Origin: Felis catus
Taxonomy: Eukaryota
Assembly (NCBI RefSeq): GCF_018350175.1
Contig: NC_058371.1
Location: 170,376,001-170,440,000 of the forward strand
Direction: 5' to 3'
Length of the DNA: 64,000 nucleotides
Shown piece by piece: positions 1 through 12,282 of this stretch (position 1 is the first letter of the stretch; each line of letters begins with the position of its first letter). The notes under the pieces were generated by a model. It worked only from the letters and a program-made list of their open reading frames with translations. It did no database searches and was not told the DNA's origin. The translations under genes and the position numbers were made by a program.

Positions 1-69
1 TGCTGGTGCACAGTAGGCACCAGATACTATCAGTCGATGTGGATCTGGAACAGGCACCCAACAGGACCT

Positions 70-170
70 GAGGGACAAGAGTTCAAGTCCTGATGCGGGA
101 ACAAAGAAGCTGCATGACCCCAGGCAAGTCACTTCTGAGTCTGTTTCTTCATTTGTAAAACAACGGTGTT
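70..170 (+). mobile_element. MIR fragment
   Basis: tgcatgaccccaggcaagtcacttctgagtctgtttcttcatttgtaaaa resembles the MIR core. Confidence 0.65.
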
Positions 171-239
171 TCAAAAATATCTCTCTCAACAGCTTCTGGT
201 TCTAAAATGCTAAAGCCATCGTCACAATCACGAGCATAG

Positions 240-392
240 TAAGTAATAAGCGCAGATACCGTTTGTTGAAAACCTACTCTGTGCCGTCCACCACAGTAGG
301 CATTTTACATATATCATCTCATTTAATCCCACAATAGTGAGATGAGATTTATCAACCCCATTTTATAGATGAGGAAACTGGTGAAGTCACTC
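240..392 (-). mobile_element. MIR fragment
   Basis: atctcatttaatcccacaat...cccattttatagatgaggaaactg is the reverse MIR core. Confidence 0.75.
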
Positions 393-499
393 CATGAATC
401 CCCACGAAAGTAAAAGAATCCTCGTATCTACTCAGTGGTTTGAATTTAAATGTAGGCATTTAATCTTTGTGCCTGAAATTGAGATGACATCTGAGAATG

Positions 500-920
500 G
501 AATTTCTGCACTGTTGCGTGATTAATGTGTTTACGACCCGCTGCTGGTATAATTCTGAGGTAGTAGTATTTACGGTTATGACTGTTCGTGCTACTGCAAA
601 ACCCATTTCCCACCTGTTGTTTTTTTATTAAACCTCCCTAAAGGACATGAAATATTTCTTTGTGCAGATTCTAAAAACGGGGATCCTGAAATACGTGAAC
701 AGAAAGCTCGTGTGTGGATTGACTGTTTGGAATCTTCGAATGCCATAACACGCAGTGTTTGCAACTAATTCATCATTTGTAAAAGTTCATCCGATTCCTA
801 TGCCAACAGACTCACTGGTATCCACCTGCCATTTATTGATACATCACATGGCAGACTGACGTCAACATTTATTAATAACTTCCGTGTTTCTTTGTCTATT
901 TTATAGTTTCCGTGCATTAT
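500..920. promoter_or_regulatory. CpG-retaining unique segment with a full CRE (TGACGTCA, 857-864) and an ETS-like site (ACTTCCG, ~878-884); candidate intronic promoter or enhancer
   Basis: 14 CpGs counted in ~510-915 in AT-rich non-repeat DNA; palindromic CRE; minus-strand donor CCA|gtgagt at 816/815. Confidence 0.35.
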
Positions 921-949
921 GCTCTATTCTATCTTTATCTTCCTTCTAT

Positions 950-1415
950 TTTTTAAGTAAACTTTTTATTGCAGTACAGTTTTCAGATTCACAGAAAATT
1001 GCAGAGAGAGTACAGAGAGTTCCAGCATAACCCACCCCCTGCACCTGATAACTGCTACGCTGCATGTTCGACACGGCTAATGAACGAACATGGGTATACT
1101 ACTCTTAACCAGACTCTATGTTTTGTTTGGATTTCATTAGCTTTTCCCCTAATGTGCTTTTTCTTTTCCGAGATCCCATCCAGGACACCACATTATTTTT
1201 AGTTATCCTATCTCCTTCACTTCCTCTGGACTTTCTTGTTTCTCAGACTTTCCTAGTTTTTGAGGGCCTTGACAGTTAAGAGGAGCACTGGTCAGGTATT
1301 CTGTACTTCATTTTGGGTTTGTCTTATATTTCTCTCATGGCTAGACTAGAGTAATGGGTTTCATGGAGGAAGATGGCTGGGGTGAAGTGCCATTGTCATA
1401 ACATCATGTCAGGCA
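950..1415 (-). mobile_element. Old L1 (L1MB/L1MC-like) 3' UTR fragment
   Basis: gatcccatccaggacaccacatt and aggagcactggtcaggtatt motifs typical of reverse L1MB/MC 3' ends. Confidence 0.7.
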
Positions 1416-1420
1416 TCTTG

Positions 1421-1650
1421 GTTGTTTTTTGTTTTTTTTGCTTTTTAACATTTTTACTTATTTTTAAGAGAGAGAGCACGCAAGCGTGAGTGGGGAGGGG
1501 CAAAGAGAGACAGAGGCACAGAATCCGAAGCAGGCTCCAGGCCCTGAGCTGTCAGCACAGAGCCCGATGCGGGGCTTGAACTCCTGAACCCCGAGATCAT
1601 GACCTGAGCCAAAGTGGGACGCTAAGCCGACTGAGCCACCCAGGCAGCCC
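1421..1650 (-). mobile_element. CAN-SINE (SINEC_Fc type)
   Basis: T-rich tail, (GA)n, and ...gactgagccacccaggcagccc end; short catcttg duplication at the flanks. Confidence 0.9.
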
Positions 1651-2116
1651 AGTCATCTTGTTTTTTTAATAAACGGGGAAAATTATTTAATCAAATCAAA
1701 ACTTTAAACTGAATAAGATTAAATAGCAACAATTCCTAACAAATGATAAATTAAATACCAACTAATTGACTCAGAAATATAACATTTTATATTGGCAAGA
1801 GAATGACAGAGAAGGAGGCTAATTTTTGCACCCACTGAGGTGATGGGAGGCTTAAGATTCCAGCAGGAAGCCAGCTAATTACAAGAGAGGTGTCTAGCAA
1901 GTTCTTTTGAAAGTCTTGCCAAGACAAACTTCCTACAAAAACAATCTCAGATTATGGCATATTTTAAGAGAAGTCCTGGTTCAACCTAGCGTGGTCTCAG
2001 CCTTTCATACAATGCTTGCAGATATTAGGTGAAATTTCTTCCTGTTGTCAAACAGCAGAATCCCTACAACTCCACGTTTGGAGCGTAAGCTAAAACTTTA
2101 CAGTAATTTCTTCTTG

Positions 2117-2252
2117 NNNNNNNNNNNNNNNNNNNNNNNNNNNNNNNNNNNNNNNNNNNNNNNNNNNNNNNNNNNNNNNNNNNNNNNNNNNNNNNNNNNN
2201 NNNNNNNNNNNNNNNNNNNNNNNNNNNNNNNNNNNNNNNNNNNNNNNNNNNN
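2117..2252. other. Assembly gap (N run)
   Basis: 136 N. Confidence 1.
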
Positions 2253-2591
2253 GTTCCTAACTGAAGGTCTGTTCCTGAGGGGGATAAAAGTGAGGAACTG
2301 ATGTAATGTCACAAACTACTAAATGCTGTCCAATGAAAGATAAGGGAGAACAAGTGGTTTCTTTCTTCAAAGAATGGGTTTTTTTGTTTTGGATTTTTTT
2401 TTTCCCCAGGGACAGGAAGGGGGGGTGGGGACTAGAAAAAAAAAGTTTTATAGCACTGCTATATATAACCTTCCACCTCGGCAGAGACACAAAATAATTA
2501 TGGAAACAAGCTTGGAAAAATAATTTGTGGCGCGTAAAGAGGATTTTAGCTAGCAAGTCTAGGCATTCATGACATATGCAAATAAGAATTT

Positions 2592-2803
2592 TTTTTTTTT
2601 TTAGCGTTTATTTATTTTTGAGACAGAGAGAGACAAAGCATGAACGGGGGAGGGTCAGAGAGAGGGAGACACAGAATCTGAAACAGGCTCCAGGCTCTGA
2701 GCTGTCAGCACAGAGCCTGACGGGGGGCTCAAACTCACAGACCGCGAGATCATGACCTGGGCCGAAGTCGGCCACTTAACCGACTGAGCCACCCAGGCGC
2801 CCC
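2592..2803 (-). mobile_element. CAN-SINE (SINEC_Fc type) with 13-bp TSD caaataagaattt
   Basis: Full SINE body; TSD at 2579-2591 and 2805-2817. Confidence 0.95.
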
Positions 2804-2841
2804 TCAAATAAGAATTTAAGTGCTCAGCTGGCTTACTCACT

Positions 2842-3250
2842 GTTAGGGGCTAGATTGTGTACTCCCGTTCCCCATTTATATGTTGAAGTCAGAAGCCCCA
2901 GTAACTCCGAAATGTGACTGTATTTGGAGAAAGGGTATTTAAAGAGGTAATNNNNNNNNNNNNNNNNNNNNNNNNNNNNNNNNNNNNNNNNNNNNNNNNN
3001 NNNNNNNNNNNNNNNNNNNNNNNNNNNNNNNNNNNNNNNNNNNNNNNNNNNNNNNNNNNNNNNNNNNNNNNNNNNNNNNNNNNNNNNNNNNNNNNNNNNG
3101 GCTGTCTGCAAGCTGAGGGGAGAGGCCTCAGAAGGAACCAACCCTTACATCTTAGATTTCCAGCCTCCAGAACTGTGAGAAAGTTAATTTCTGTTATTTG
3201 AGTCCCCCAGGCGGTGGTACTTTGTCACAGGAGCCCTAGCAAACTAACCT
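2842..3250 (+). mobile_element. MaLR solo LTR (MLT1A/B/C-like), spanning an N gap (2952-3099)
   Basis: aaatgtgactgtatttggagaaagggtatttaaagaggtaat and agatttccagcctccagaactgtgagaaa...tttctgtt are MLT1 hallmarks. Confidence 0.85.
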
Positions 3251-3629
3251 GCCTACCTAGTATTAAGAGGGAAGGATCACAGAATATAAAAGAGGCTAGA
3301 GGGTATGGGATTGGTGGGATATTATACTTCAATGAACGGTCAACTATACGAAGATCTTTCTAAGTCACGATCTGTCATAATTTTCGTATCTAAGTACGAT
3401 TATTAAGGGCTCCTCCCGTGGTCTCAAACTAATTTCAACACCTCTCCTTCCTCCCCACTCTCTCTGCCAATGTAGCTCACACACTCCAAAGATAAGACTA
3501 TTATTTGGGATGGAAAAGCTTCAAAGCTTGTGGCTTCCGAAAAAGAAATAATTTGTCTTCATATATATGTAAGCATAAGGATTTAACTTCAAAATAATCC
3601 ATTCATTAACCTCATCCAATTTTTTCTAA

Positions 3630-4650
3630 CTTTTTCCTTGAGTTCCAAACCAACATTTCTAGTTGTCTGCCAGACATCTGCACATGAATGAATATCTCTT
3701 AGATATAGCCAACTCAATATGTCCAAAAGAGAATTCATCTTTTCTCTTGGAACCCACCTTTCATCCCTTGCTCCCATGATTCCTGTTAATGGCATCATTC
3801 TCCTCCAAGTTGTTCAAGTCCAAAATGTAGATGTCATCTTCCTAAGATTATTTATCATATTTCATCAATTCTACAAAGTACATTTTTTTAACCTCTGAAA
3901 TAAAGACGCATCTTTCCATTGCTGGTGTCTAAGTGCTGTGCCATAATTTAATTGGCAGTTTTTTCAATTAGTCATACTTTAAAAAATCGTATGTCTTATA
4001 ATTGATGGCATATTCTATTCAAGGAAAAACACAGAAACAGAAGTCCTGTCCCCTCACCTCCACTCCCACCGTTTCTACCAAGATTTAGGTCCTCATCATC
4101 TCTTATTTGGACTACTTGTCTCCTGATTGATTTTTGCTGCTGGTCTCTTTACACAATCTGCTTTCCACATAGCCACCAGAGTTGTCTGGAACACAAGATT
4201 CCTTTGTTTCCAGTGGCTCTTACCACATACAAAACTTGTCCAAACACCTCCAGGTGGCATTTTTGGTCTCAGCTTGCAATTCCTTGTCCATTTTCCACAG
4301 CATTGATTTCTCTCAGGGATCCTGAGGCTCCAGCTGCAGCCATAGGCAAAAATACTAGCCCCTCTCAGACAAGACCCAGGCTCTTGTGGCTCAGAACCTT
4401 TCTCATTCCGTCCTCAGAGGCTAGAATGTGCTTCCCCCAACTCCAGTGCTCCTCACTATTTGTGGAAGCCCAGTTCAAATCCCACAACTTCCTAAGTTCT
4501 TAATCTCAAATAGAATGTTCTTCCTTGTTCTTCCTTGAATATTCTATTTCATTAACATTTCACAGCCTACCTTTATTAGACCTTATTTGTGTATTTGTCT
4601 CCTAGAAGGTGATCTCCTGAGAGGCAGGAATTATGTCTTGAGTCACAAGT
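3630..4650 (+). mobile_element. L2 3' region, interrupted by a MER104-like MITE
   Basis: aactcaatatgtccaaaa and 3' end tgtctcctagaaggtgatctcctgagaggcaggaatt resemble L2. Confidence 0.75.
3855..4030. mobile_element. MER104-like Tc1/mariner (Tc2/Kanga) MITE
   Basis: Degenerate TIRs catatttcatcaattcta ... attctattcaaggaaaaac and internal aatttaattggcagtttttt. Confidence 0.65.
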
Positions 4651-4864
4651 AGATTTTTACTTGGAAAGCAAAAGAGAAAATACCATCTCTCTTTGGTGTA
4701 TGTGTGCAGAAGAAAACTGGAAGACAGATCTTAGATGCCAGGCAAGAGAGGTGGGCCAAAGAAAACTGTGTTATCTTTAAAGTCCTGTAACTATAAGAGA
4801 TGCATTTTCAGGAAAAGAAGAAATCTATGCCCTGATTTCTCAATAAACATACTATTTCATTCAA

Positions 4865-5055
4865 TGTGGCAGGCAGCTTCTGAATAGTTCCCAGTGACCC
4901 TTCCTCCTGTATACAGGTCCTATGTATTCTCCTCTTGAGTGTGGGCTGGATTAGTGACTTGGTTTAGTGACTTCTTAATTAATAGAATATGGCAGAAGTG
5001 ATAAAATGTCACTTCTGAGATTATGTTATAAAGGACTGTGACTTCCATCTTGTTT

Positions 5056-5103
<48 letters not shown>

Positions 5104-5448
5104 TCTTCTTGCTTGCTTACTCTAAGGAAGCAAGCTGCCACATTGTGAGCTATTTTATGTGAACAGGCCTACATGGAAAGGAACTGAGGATGGCTTTGGC
5201 CAACATCCTGCAAGGAACTGAATCCTGCCAGTATCCACATGAATGAGCTTAGAAGTAGATCCTTCCCCAATCAAGTCTTGACATGACACCGGCCAATTCC
5301 TTGATTGCAGCCTCCTGAGAGACCCTGAACCAGGGCCCCAGCTAAGCCATGCCCAGAGTCTTGGCCACAGGAAGTATGAGGTAGTAAAAGTTGCTTTAAG
5401 CCTCTAAGTGTTGGGGTCATTTGTTACACAGTAATGGATAACTAATAC
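4865..5448 (+). mobile_element. MaLR solo LTR (MLT1F-like) containing a (CT)n
   Basis: Starts tgtggcaggcagc; contains cttgattgcagcctcctgagagaccctgaacc; ends gataactaataca. Confidence 0.85.
5058..5100. repeat. (CT)n microsatellite
   Basis: Direct read. Confidence 1.
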
Positions 5449-6699
5449 ACTCACCAAATAAGAAAATCAGAAGGTAGACAATAAACACAGGATGAATGGG
5501 AAGGACAAAAAACTCTATTGAATCTTCCCAAGTACTCAAAAAAGATGTGCAAGGAGACTAACTTATTGGTTGGATCCAATCACATTAGTAGTGATCAAAG
5601 TTACCTTTCACTCTGTCCAACTCACTGGAGAATGGTTCTCACCAACGGTCACATTTCCATGTTGTATTCCCTATGTGGCCAACACTTTTGATTTAGGTCA
5701 CCAATGAACTGTCGTTCTGGTTCGTAAGAGTCATATATTCAGTGGGAAATAAACCTAGAATAAACCTCGAATGTCACCTTAGCTCAGAGAAAGCCACAAT
5801 GTCTTTCTGAGGTATTTGGATTATATTCCAAATGCAGTGGGCAGCCATACAAAGTTATTTGAGAGGATAAGAGACGGGAGACAATCTGTACTTTTAGAAG
5901 CTACCTGTGGATGCTGTTACAAGGAGCAGTGCACGAGCCATACTGACTTGGGGGAGGGGCATCAAATAAACCAAGCACCCTCTAGGTTCATACTCTACCA
6001 TTCAACTGAATGCAGGATTGAGTACCTAAGACCTCGTGCGTTTTGTTGTTGTTTTTCCTACAGTCTGGGTTCTGTTACGTCCAAACCTACTAAAACGCTA
6101 ACCACTGTCCCTACTTTGGTACCGAACTCAAAAGCAGCAAATTGAGCGCTCCTTCTGTGCGTGGTATGGGAACAACCCAGGTTTCTCTCACCGTGCCAAG
6201 GATGAGGATAACGGAAAGCGTGTCATTAAATTCAATTTGGGCTGAGCTTCTTCACACGGTCTATTCATTCCTTCTCAGCAAAAACACCTCCTTCACACAG
6301 AACATCACTCACTCACTAGCTTTTACCTGTCCCCTAAAGAAGAGCGAGACCCCCTCCAGAGGCCCCTCATCATACCGTGCAACTACCACAAAGAGCAGAG
6401 TGAGGCAGGAAAAATACCCTGAGTGGGAGTATTCCAAGTCCCTCCTCCTCCCCTGGCCATGAAGGAGAATTCTCTGTCTGCTTCTTACCGAGTTTTTGTT
6501 ACCCAGAATCAGAACCATGTGTGAAGGGGGAGTTGGAAGGAGCTGAGTGTAGTGCTCGCTTTGCACTAGAAAAGGCTGAGGGTTATTCGTGACAGAGAAA
6601 GGGATTAGAAGCAAGACAGACAAGACCTCGTACAGTGTGAGTTTGGAAGATTTTAGGTAGTTGGAGATGGAGAGAGATTTGAAGTGAGTTGGCAAGCAT

Positions 6700-6700
<1 letters not shown>

Positions 6701-6744
<44 letters not shown>
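6701..6744. repeat. (GT)22 microsatellite
   Basis: Direct read. Confidence 1.
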
Positions 6745-6747
<3 letters not shown>

Positions 6748-7143
6748 GAGAGAAAAATAGAGTGTTTTAGAAAGTTTTGCTGCATGTTATAAATGAAATC
6801 ACTCTATGACATTCTTTGGAAAGATTCAGTAAAGATTTCTAATGTTCTCCTATTATTTTATCATTTGTTGAACCGGTGCTTCTTTGACTACGGTGCTTGA
6901 GGTGTGGCCACATGGAGAGTGATTTCATAGAAGAGCAGAAATACTACATTGAAAATAGGACACTGTCTCAATTTGGTAAAGTTAATAAATCTTAAGCGAG
7001 AGGCATGAGAAGTTGTCTTCCAAAAACACATGCTGTCTCCTCAGAGGCTGTCACCTCCAAAAGCGGATGCTCGGGAGTGCGGAGGTTCAATGACACAGCG
7101 CAAGGCCTAAAGGAGATAGTGCAACACGGTAGAAAGGGCACCG

Positions 7144-7350
7144 TCTCTGGAGTTGGGCAAACTGGGATCCAAATTTCAATTCTGCCTCTTATTTTTCAGA
7201 AAGCTGGTAACTTACTTCTTTGCACTTTTGTTTCCTGACACGTATAAAGATACAGCAATAACTACAGTGCAGGGCAATCGTAAAGATTAAGGATGATCTA
7301 GCACCATACCTGACACATGCTAGGTAGTTAATGTATGACGGTGATCATTC
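7144..7350 (+). mobile_element. MIR
   Basis: ctctggagttgggcaaactgggatccaaatttcaattctgcc ... cctgacacatgctaggtagttaat. Confidence 0.6.
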
Positions 7351-8955
7351 TGGTCACTTACACCTCTGGCCTCCCTCTGTGCCTGTTCTGCCTCCCTCCT
7401 GGCCTAAAAGGTTAACTTTAACTGGAGGAGAAACAGAGGCAGAGAACACAACTTGGACCAGCTTCTCCTGAGGACACCTATAAGACAGATTGCTGAAGAG
7501 AAGGGAAATGCTTGAGAAATTCCAAAGGCAGTTGTGGAATATACACCTAAAATATCAGACACTGCTGGGGATGAGCTGAGGCACACAAGAGCTAACCTCC
7601 AGGTAGAATTTGCAGGAAACCAGTCCTTGGCAGACAGACACCCCAAACACCTGGGACTCAAATTTATGGTGTTGTCATCTTCCTAAAATTATTAAGTTTG
7701 TGTAAGGGCTTTCACAACTGCTACTCAGTTTTCAACAGCTCCGTGCATTTGCCTTTTGTCCTGAATAATATTTTCAGTCTTCTCATAATGTGGAAATCTC
7801 GACTGCCTTTTCATCTTTTCCCCTGCTCTGACCTCCCTCGAAAAATGAAATATCAACCGTTCTGGTATCAGTTTCATAAAATAAAGCAGAAACCCCCAGA
7901 AAGCTTCCTAAAGTACACAAAGTTTGTGGAAATTTACATTTGTATCCATTTCAGGAAGCTCCGCTCTAAGTATATTTGAAACGTTACCTTTTGATTAAAG
8001 AAAAATACATCCTCTTTCTAAAGAATAAGTTTTTGAGTGGGCTAGGGTAACTAAGTGGTAGGACAATTCGGCCAGTTTCATTTCTGCTATAGTCTACTGA
8101 ACTCCAGCTAAAGTCGAATTTCCAGCATTCATCAGGCAAAGGGACGTTCCATGAAGTAAAGCCTTTTATAGAGCTTGGGAAGATATTTGGAAGGTAGCAG
8201 GCAAAAGGAAAGAAGGAAAAAGAGAGATGAACTTTATCAAAAAGCAAGTCTTTGCTTTCTCCTCTTTCTGGGAGCATTTATGAGTAACACAACCAGGGAG
8301 GGGGGTGGCCTGGGCTCTGGATCCATCTCAGCGTTTACTCTGTGTGATCTTGGGCAAATAGCTCCCCTTTATAGACCCACATGTCTTCATCTGTAAAACA
8401 ATTATCTCTAAGATGCCCTTCCAGCTGTAAAATTCTCTTTTTCTCAGATCACTTTCATCCTCATGGATTCACATGCAAGATCAAGCAAATATTTCATGAC
8501 AGCTCTAGAAAGGTTCAGCACCCGGGGGCAGAATCCCCAAGTATCATCTCTTTCCAATTATACTTCACACGTGCACACACACACCCCCACATACACAATG
8601 GCTGTAACAATTAAAATCTGGGCAAGAAAAAGCTTGATCCCTAAATTCCTATTGTTAGCAAGGATTTCGTACATTTGTGTCTCTTGCACAAAGTCTGTTT
8701 CTGGGATGAAACAATTTAGCACAATCTCTAATGACCATTAAATTGAGTTTCAGGATGTGGCTCGATTGTGCAATCCTGACCAACTGGCAGATTACAGGGC
8801 AGCGTTTTTTCAAGTCTTTGGTATGCCAAGACCTAAATTTGAGGTCTTTCTCTCTGGCAAGAGCTAACAGTATCACTAACACCTAGAAAAGAATGCACAC
8901 ATCTGCAGGCAGTCACCACGCGGCTTCATGTGTCAGCAATCGTTACAGAAGAAAC

Positions 8956-9095
8956 NNNNNNNNNNNNNNNNNNNNNNNNNNNNNNNNNNNNNNNNNNNNN
9001 NNNNNNNNNNNNNNNNNNNNNNNNNNNNNNNNNNNNNNNNNNNNNNNNNNNNNNNNNNNNNNNNNNNNNNNNNNNNNNNNNNNNNNNNNNNNNNN
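8956..9095. other. Assembly gap (N run)
   Basis: 140 N. Confidence 1.
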
Positions 9096-9548
9096 TACAC
9101 GTGTTTATAATTTGCGATTGCTATGTGAAAACACACTTTTCTATTTATCTTCAAGTCAAGCAGCTGGGCCATCTTAATGGATTCTTCTCAACACCAGGCC
9201 ATTAAGACACACAGGCATGGGTTCCAGGCATGAAAAGCCCTCTTGCCACGCTTCCTAGATCTCCATAGCCCCCGCTACTGAGGACTTCTTGATTACTAGA
9301 TGGTCAGTGAGCTGTCAACCCCTGACAAAGTTCAAAACCAGCCTAGAAGTCTGTAGGTGCATCTGAGGGGCTCTGTCTGCTTTTTCCTGTCACCAATAAA
9401 AGAGGAAGAAAATGTCACGTGAAGAATATGCCCACATAAAGGACTGCATCTCTGCTAACCCAAGGTGGCCTCTGCCATCTTCAAATCTACTGCTTATTCA
9501 AGACCCCACCCAGTCCCTCAAGAAAAGATAAGAGAATTAATGTTTTTT

Positions 9549-9786
9549 TGTTTGTTTGTTTGTTTTTTAAATTTTTTTTTCAACGTTTTTTATTTATTTT
9601 GGGGACAGAGAGAGACAGAGCATGAACGGGGGAGGGGCAGAGAGAGAGGGAGACACAGAATCGGAAGCAGGCTCCAGGCTCCGAGCCATCAGCCCAGAGC
9701 CCGACGCGGGGCTCGAACTCATGGACCGCGAGATCGTGACCTGGCTGAAGTCGGACGCTTAACTGACTGCACCACCCAGGCGCCCC
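9549..9786 (-). mobile_element. Young CAN-SINE (SINEC_Fc type) with 17-bp TSD gagaattaatgtttttt
   Basis: CpG-rich body; TSD at 9532-9548 and 9787-9803. Confidence 0.97.
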
Positions 9787-9809
9787 GAGAATTAATGTTT
9801 TTTAATCTC

Positions 9810-10430
9810 CAACTCTATATTGCAAATTTTCAAGCCTACCAAAAAGCTGCACGAACAGTAGTACCATGAAAACTCTATACCCTTTCTCTAGATCCAACAT
9901 TTTGCCACATTTCCCTTCTTTGTTTTGTCTCTCTCTGTCCAATGTATGTATAGATAAAATTATATACTGCATACACTGACTTCTTTTTGCGGAACACTTG
10001 GAGGATTAATGTACACATTGTGACACTTCATCTCTAGATACGCCTCCTGCCATCAAGAGAATTCATTCCCCTAATTATACAACTGTCTTTGACAATATAC
10101 TTGTCACATGCAGGAAGTTCAATACGGAGAGAATACTGTTATCCAATATTCAATCTACACTCAAATTGCCCCAATTGTCCCAATAACGTCTATCATAGTT
10201 GCTCCTTCTCAACCAAGGATCACATGTCCTTTGGCATTTCTCCGAAGTCACCTTTCATCTGTAACCATTTTTCCAGGCTTTGGGAGGTGTTTTCACAGTA
10301 TGTCTCCTCAAATTGGATTTGTCTGATTGTACCCTCAGAGTTGGATTTGGCAGACACTCTATCGATGTGATGCTGTGACTTCTTAGTGTATCACTAGGAC
10401 ACCTTACATCATTTGTACCCATTATACGTA
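9810..10430 (-). mobile_element. Old L1 (L1MC4/5-like) 3' fragment
   Basis: aaattttcaagcctaccaaaaagctgcacgaacagtag and caattgtcccaataacgtc motifs. Confidence 0.65.
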
Positions 10431-10659
10431 TTATGGCCAATCAACTGTTTAAAGCTACAATATCTTAGCATGAATGCTAAACCATTTACATACCTTCTAT
10501 TTCAAATTGTTAACAACAGTTATTCAAAATCTTACTCCCCAAAGCGTATTTCAACAGAGCTATCTTTGATCTCTCTAATATATTAAGTCATTTTTCCTAA
10601 ACCAAGAAATGCTAACTGTATTCTATAATAAGACTGTATGCACCATAAACATTAAAGGC

Positions 10660-11260
10660 TTCACCAAGGAAGTGGGTCTTGATAAATAAATGGGATTGTG
10701 TCAAGAATCCAGGGGGAAAGCATTATATTCATAAGAAGTATCATGAGCAAAGGCATCGCGCATGAGAGTGAATAATATTTGAGGAACTATGGGTTGACTG
10801 TAATAATCCAGGCAAGAGATGAGGCCTGCTCTAGGCCTTGTCTGGTGGCCGAGGAGACTCAGACAAGCGGACAGATTGGAGAAAGTTGCCAAATTCTCTT
10901 GAGAGCTGAACCGGGCCTGTGCATGTCTATGATGCCTTTACTGACATTGGGAAATTGGTGAGTGGGAGTGGTCATTTAAGTCTAATTTGAATTAAGTCTA
11001 ATTTGAATACGTTAAGTTGTGGTGCTGATAGGACATTGGGATGGAGCTGTCCCGTAAACAGAACAAGAGGTTTAGAGTTCAGGAGAAAAAAAAGTGGTGA
11101 GCAGTGATGATTTGGGTCACTGTTATGAAGAGCTGAAGTCAGGGAGACAGACAAGAACATGGGTACGGAAAGGCAGCAGACCATAGGTTTGAAGAGAGAA
11201 CCTAGAAGGACATTAACAGAATGGGGGGATGGAGGGGAGAAGGGTGGCAGTTTTGTTTCT
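10660..11260 (-). mobile_element. L2 fragment
   Basis: gactgtaataatccaggcaagagatgagg and ataggtttgaagagagaacc resemble reverse L2. Confidence 0.65.
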
Positions 11261-11423
11261 TGCCAGGACCCCCACTACCGCCCTAGTTTTTGGCAATGTT
11301 GTTTTGAAGGTAATCGGAGGAGAGAAAAAGGGTTTGACCAGACTTGTAGTTTCAGGAATCATTAATGAATGGGTAGCAATTAACTATACTTATACAAGTA
11401 CTTTTTTGAACTAAGGATAACTC

Positions 11424-12282
11424 TGTTGTGTGTTTTTTCAATACCATCAAGCAATTCACTCAATTTTGACACTATTTGCTTGGAAAGAGTGTCAGATCCC
11501 ACAGGTTAAGGGCTCAGTCGCATAAGACTTGCCCCTCTCCCAACTTCAGATGCCAATCGCAAAGCCAGGTTGTTACCTGTGCTTCTGACCAACAGGCTGT
11601 AAATCTGAGGTTCCCATGACCCCCTTCTTGGGCTTGATTAATTTGCTAGAGTGGCTCATAGAACTCAGAGAAATATGTGCACACAGTTACCAGTTTATTA
11701 TAAAGATATTCTAAATGATACAAATGAACAGCCCCATGAAAAAGTACATAGGGCAAGACATGTGGGAAAGGGCCGAAAGCTTCCATGCTTTCTGGGACCA
11801 CCACTCTCCCCGAATCTCCATGGGCTCACCAGCCTGTAAGCTCTCCAAACCTCTGTCCTTTTTGGGTTTTTATGGAGGCTTCATTGGCCACTGGCGATTG
11901 AACTCAATCACCAGCCCCTCTCCCTTCCCTGAAGTTTGGGGGTTGGGGCTGAAAGTTCCAGCCCTCTAATCACCTGGTTGGTTCCCCTGGGAACCAGCTC
12001 CCCCCACACCCCTTAGGGCTCTCCAAAAGTCACCTATTTACATAAATTAAGGTGTGGTTGAAGTGGGGGCCGGGAGGGCTTGTTATGAATAACAAGATAC
12101 TCCTTCAAACCTCAGGAACTGGAGCTATTTCAGGAACCAATGACAAAAGACCAAACATCACTACAAAGATCCTCCCCGCTGCTGTTCTTGTTGCTTTGGA
12201 AGTTCCAAGGGTTTTAGGAGTTCTGTGCCCCAAGCGGACAAAGACCAAATATTTATTTCTTATTATAAATGACCGTATCACA
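11424..12282. mobile_element. ERVL-class solo LTR (MER21/MER77 family)
   Basis: TG...CA ends; cagatcccacaggttaagggctcagtc and cttcagatgccaatcgcaa...gttgttacctgtgcttctgacc are MER21-type motifs. Confidence 0.8.

Noticed and set aside
2045-3201. ORFs containing long X runs (also near 8.9 kb, 32.6 kb and 41 kb)
   Set aside because: Artefacts of translating N gaps.
6309-6785. Longest ORF (158 aa, minus strand)
   Set aside because: Runs through a (CA)n repeat and L2-like DNA, starts at a non-ATG codon, and resembles no protein I recognise.
7404-7690. Near-open plus-strand frame with one internal stop (…EIPKAVVEYTPKISDTAGDEL…)
   Set aside because: No recognisable homology and no convincing splice pair; not enough to call a pseudogene.
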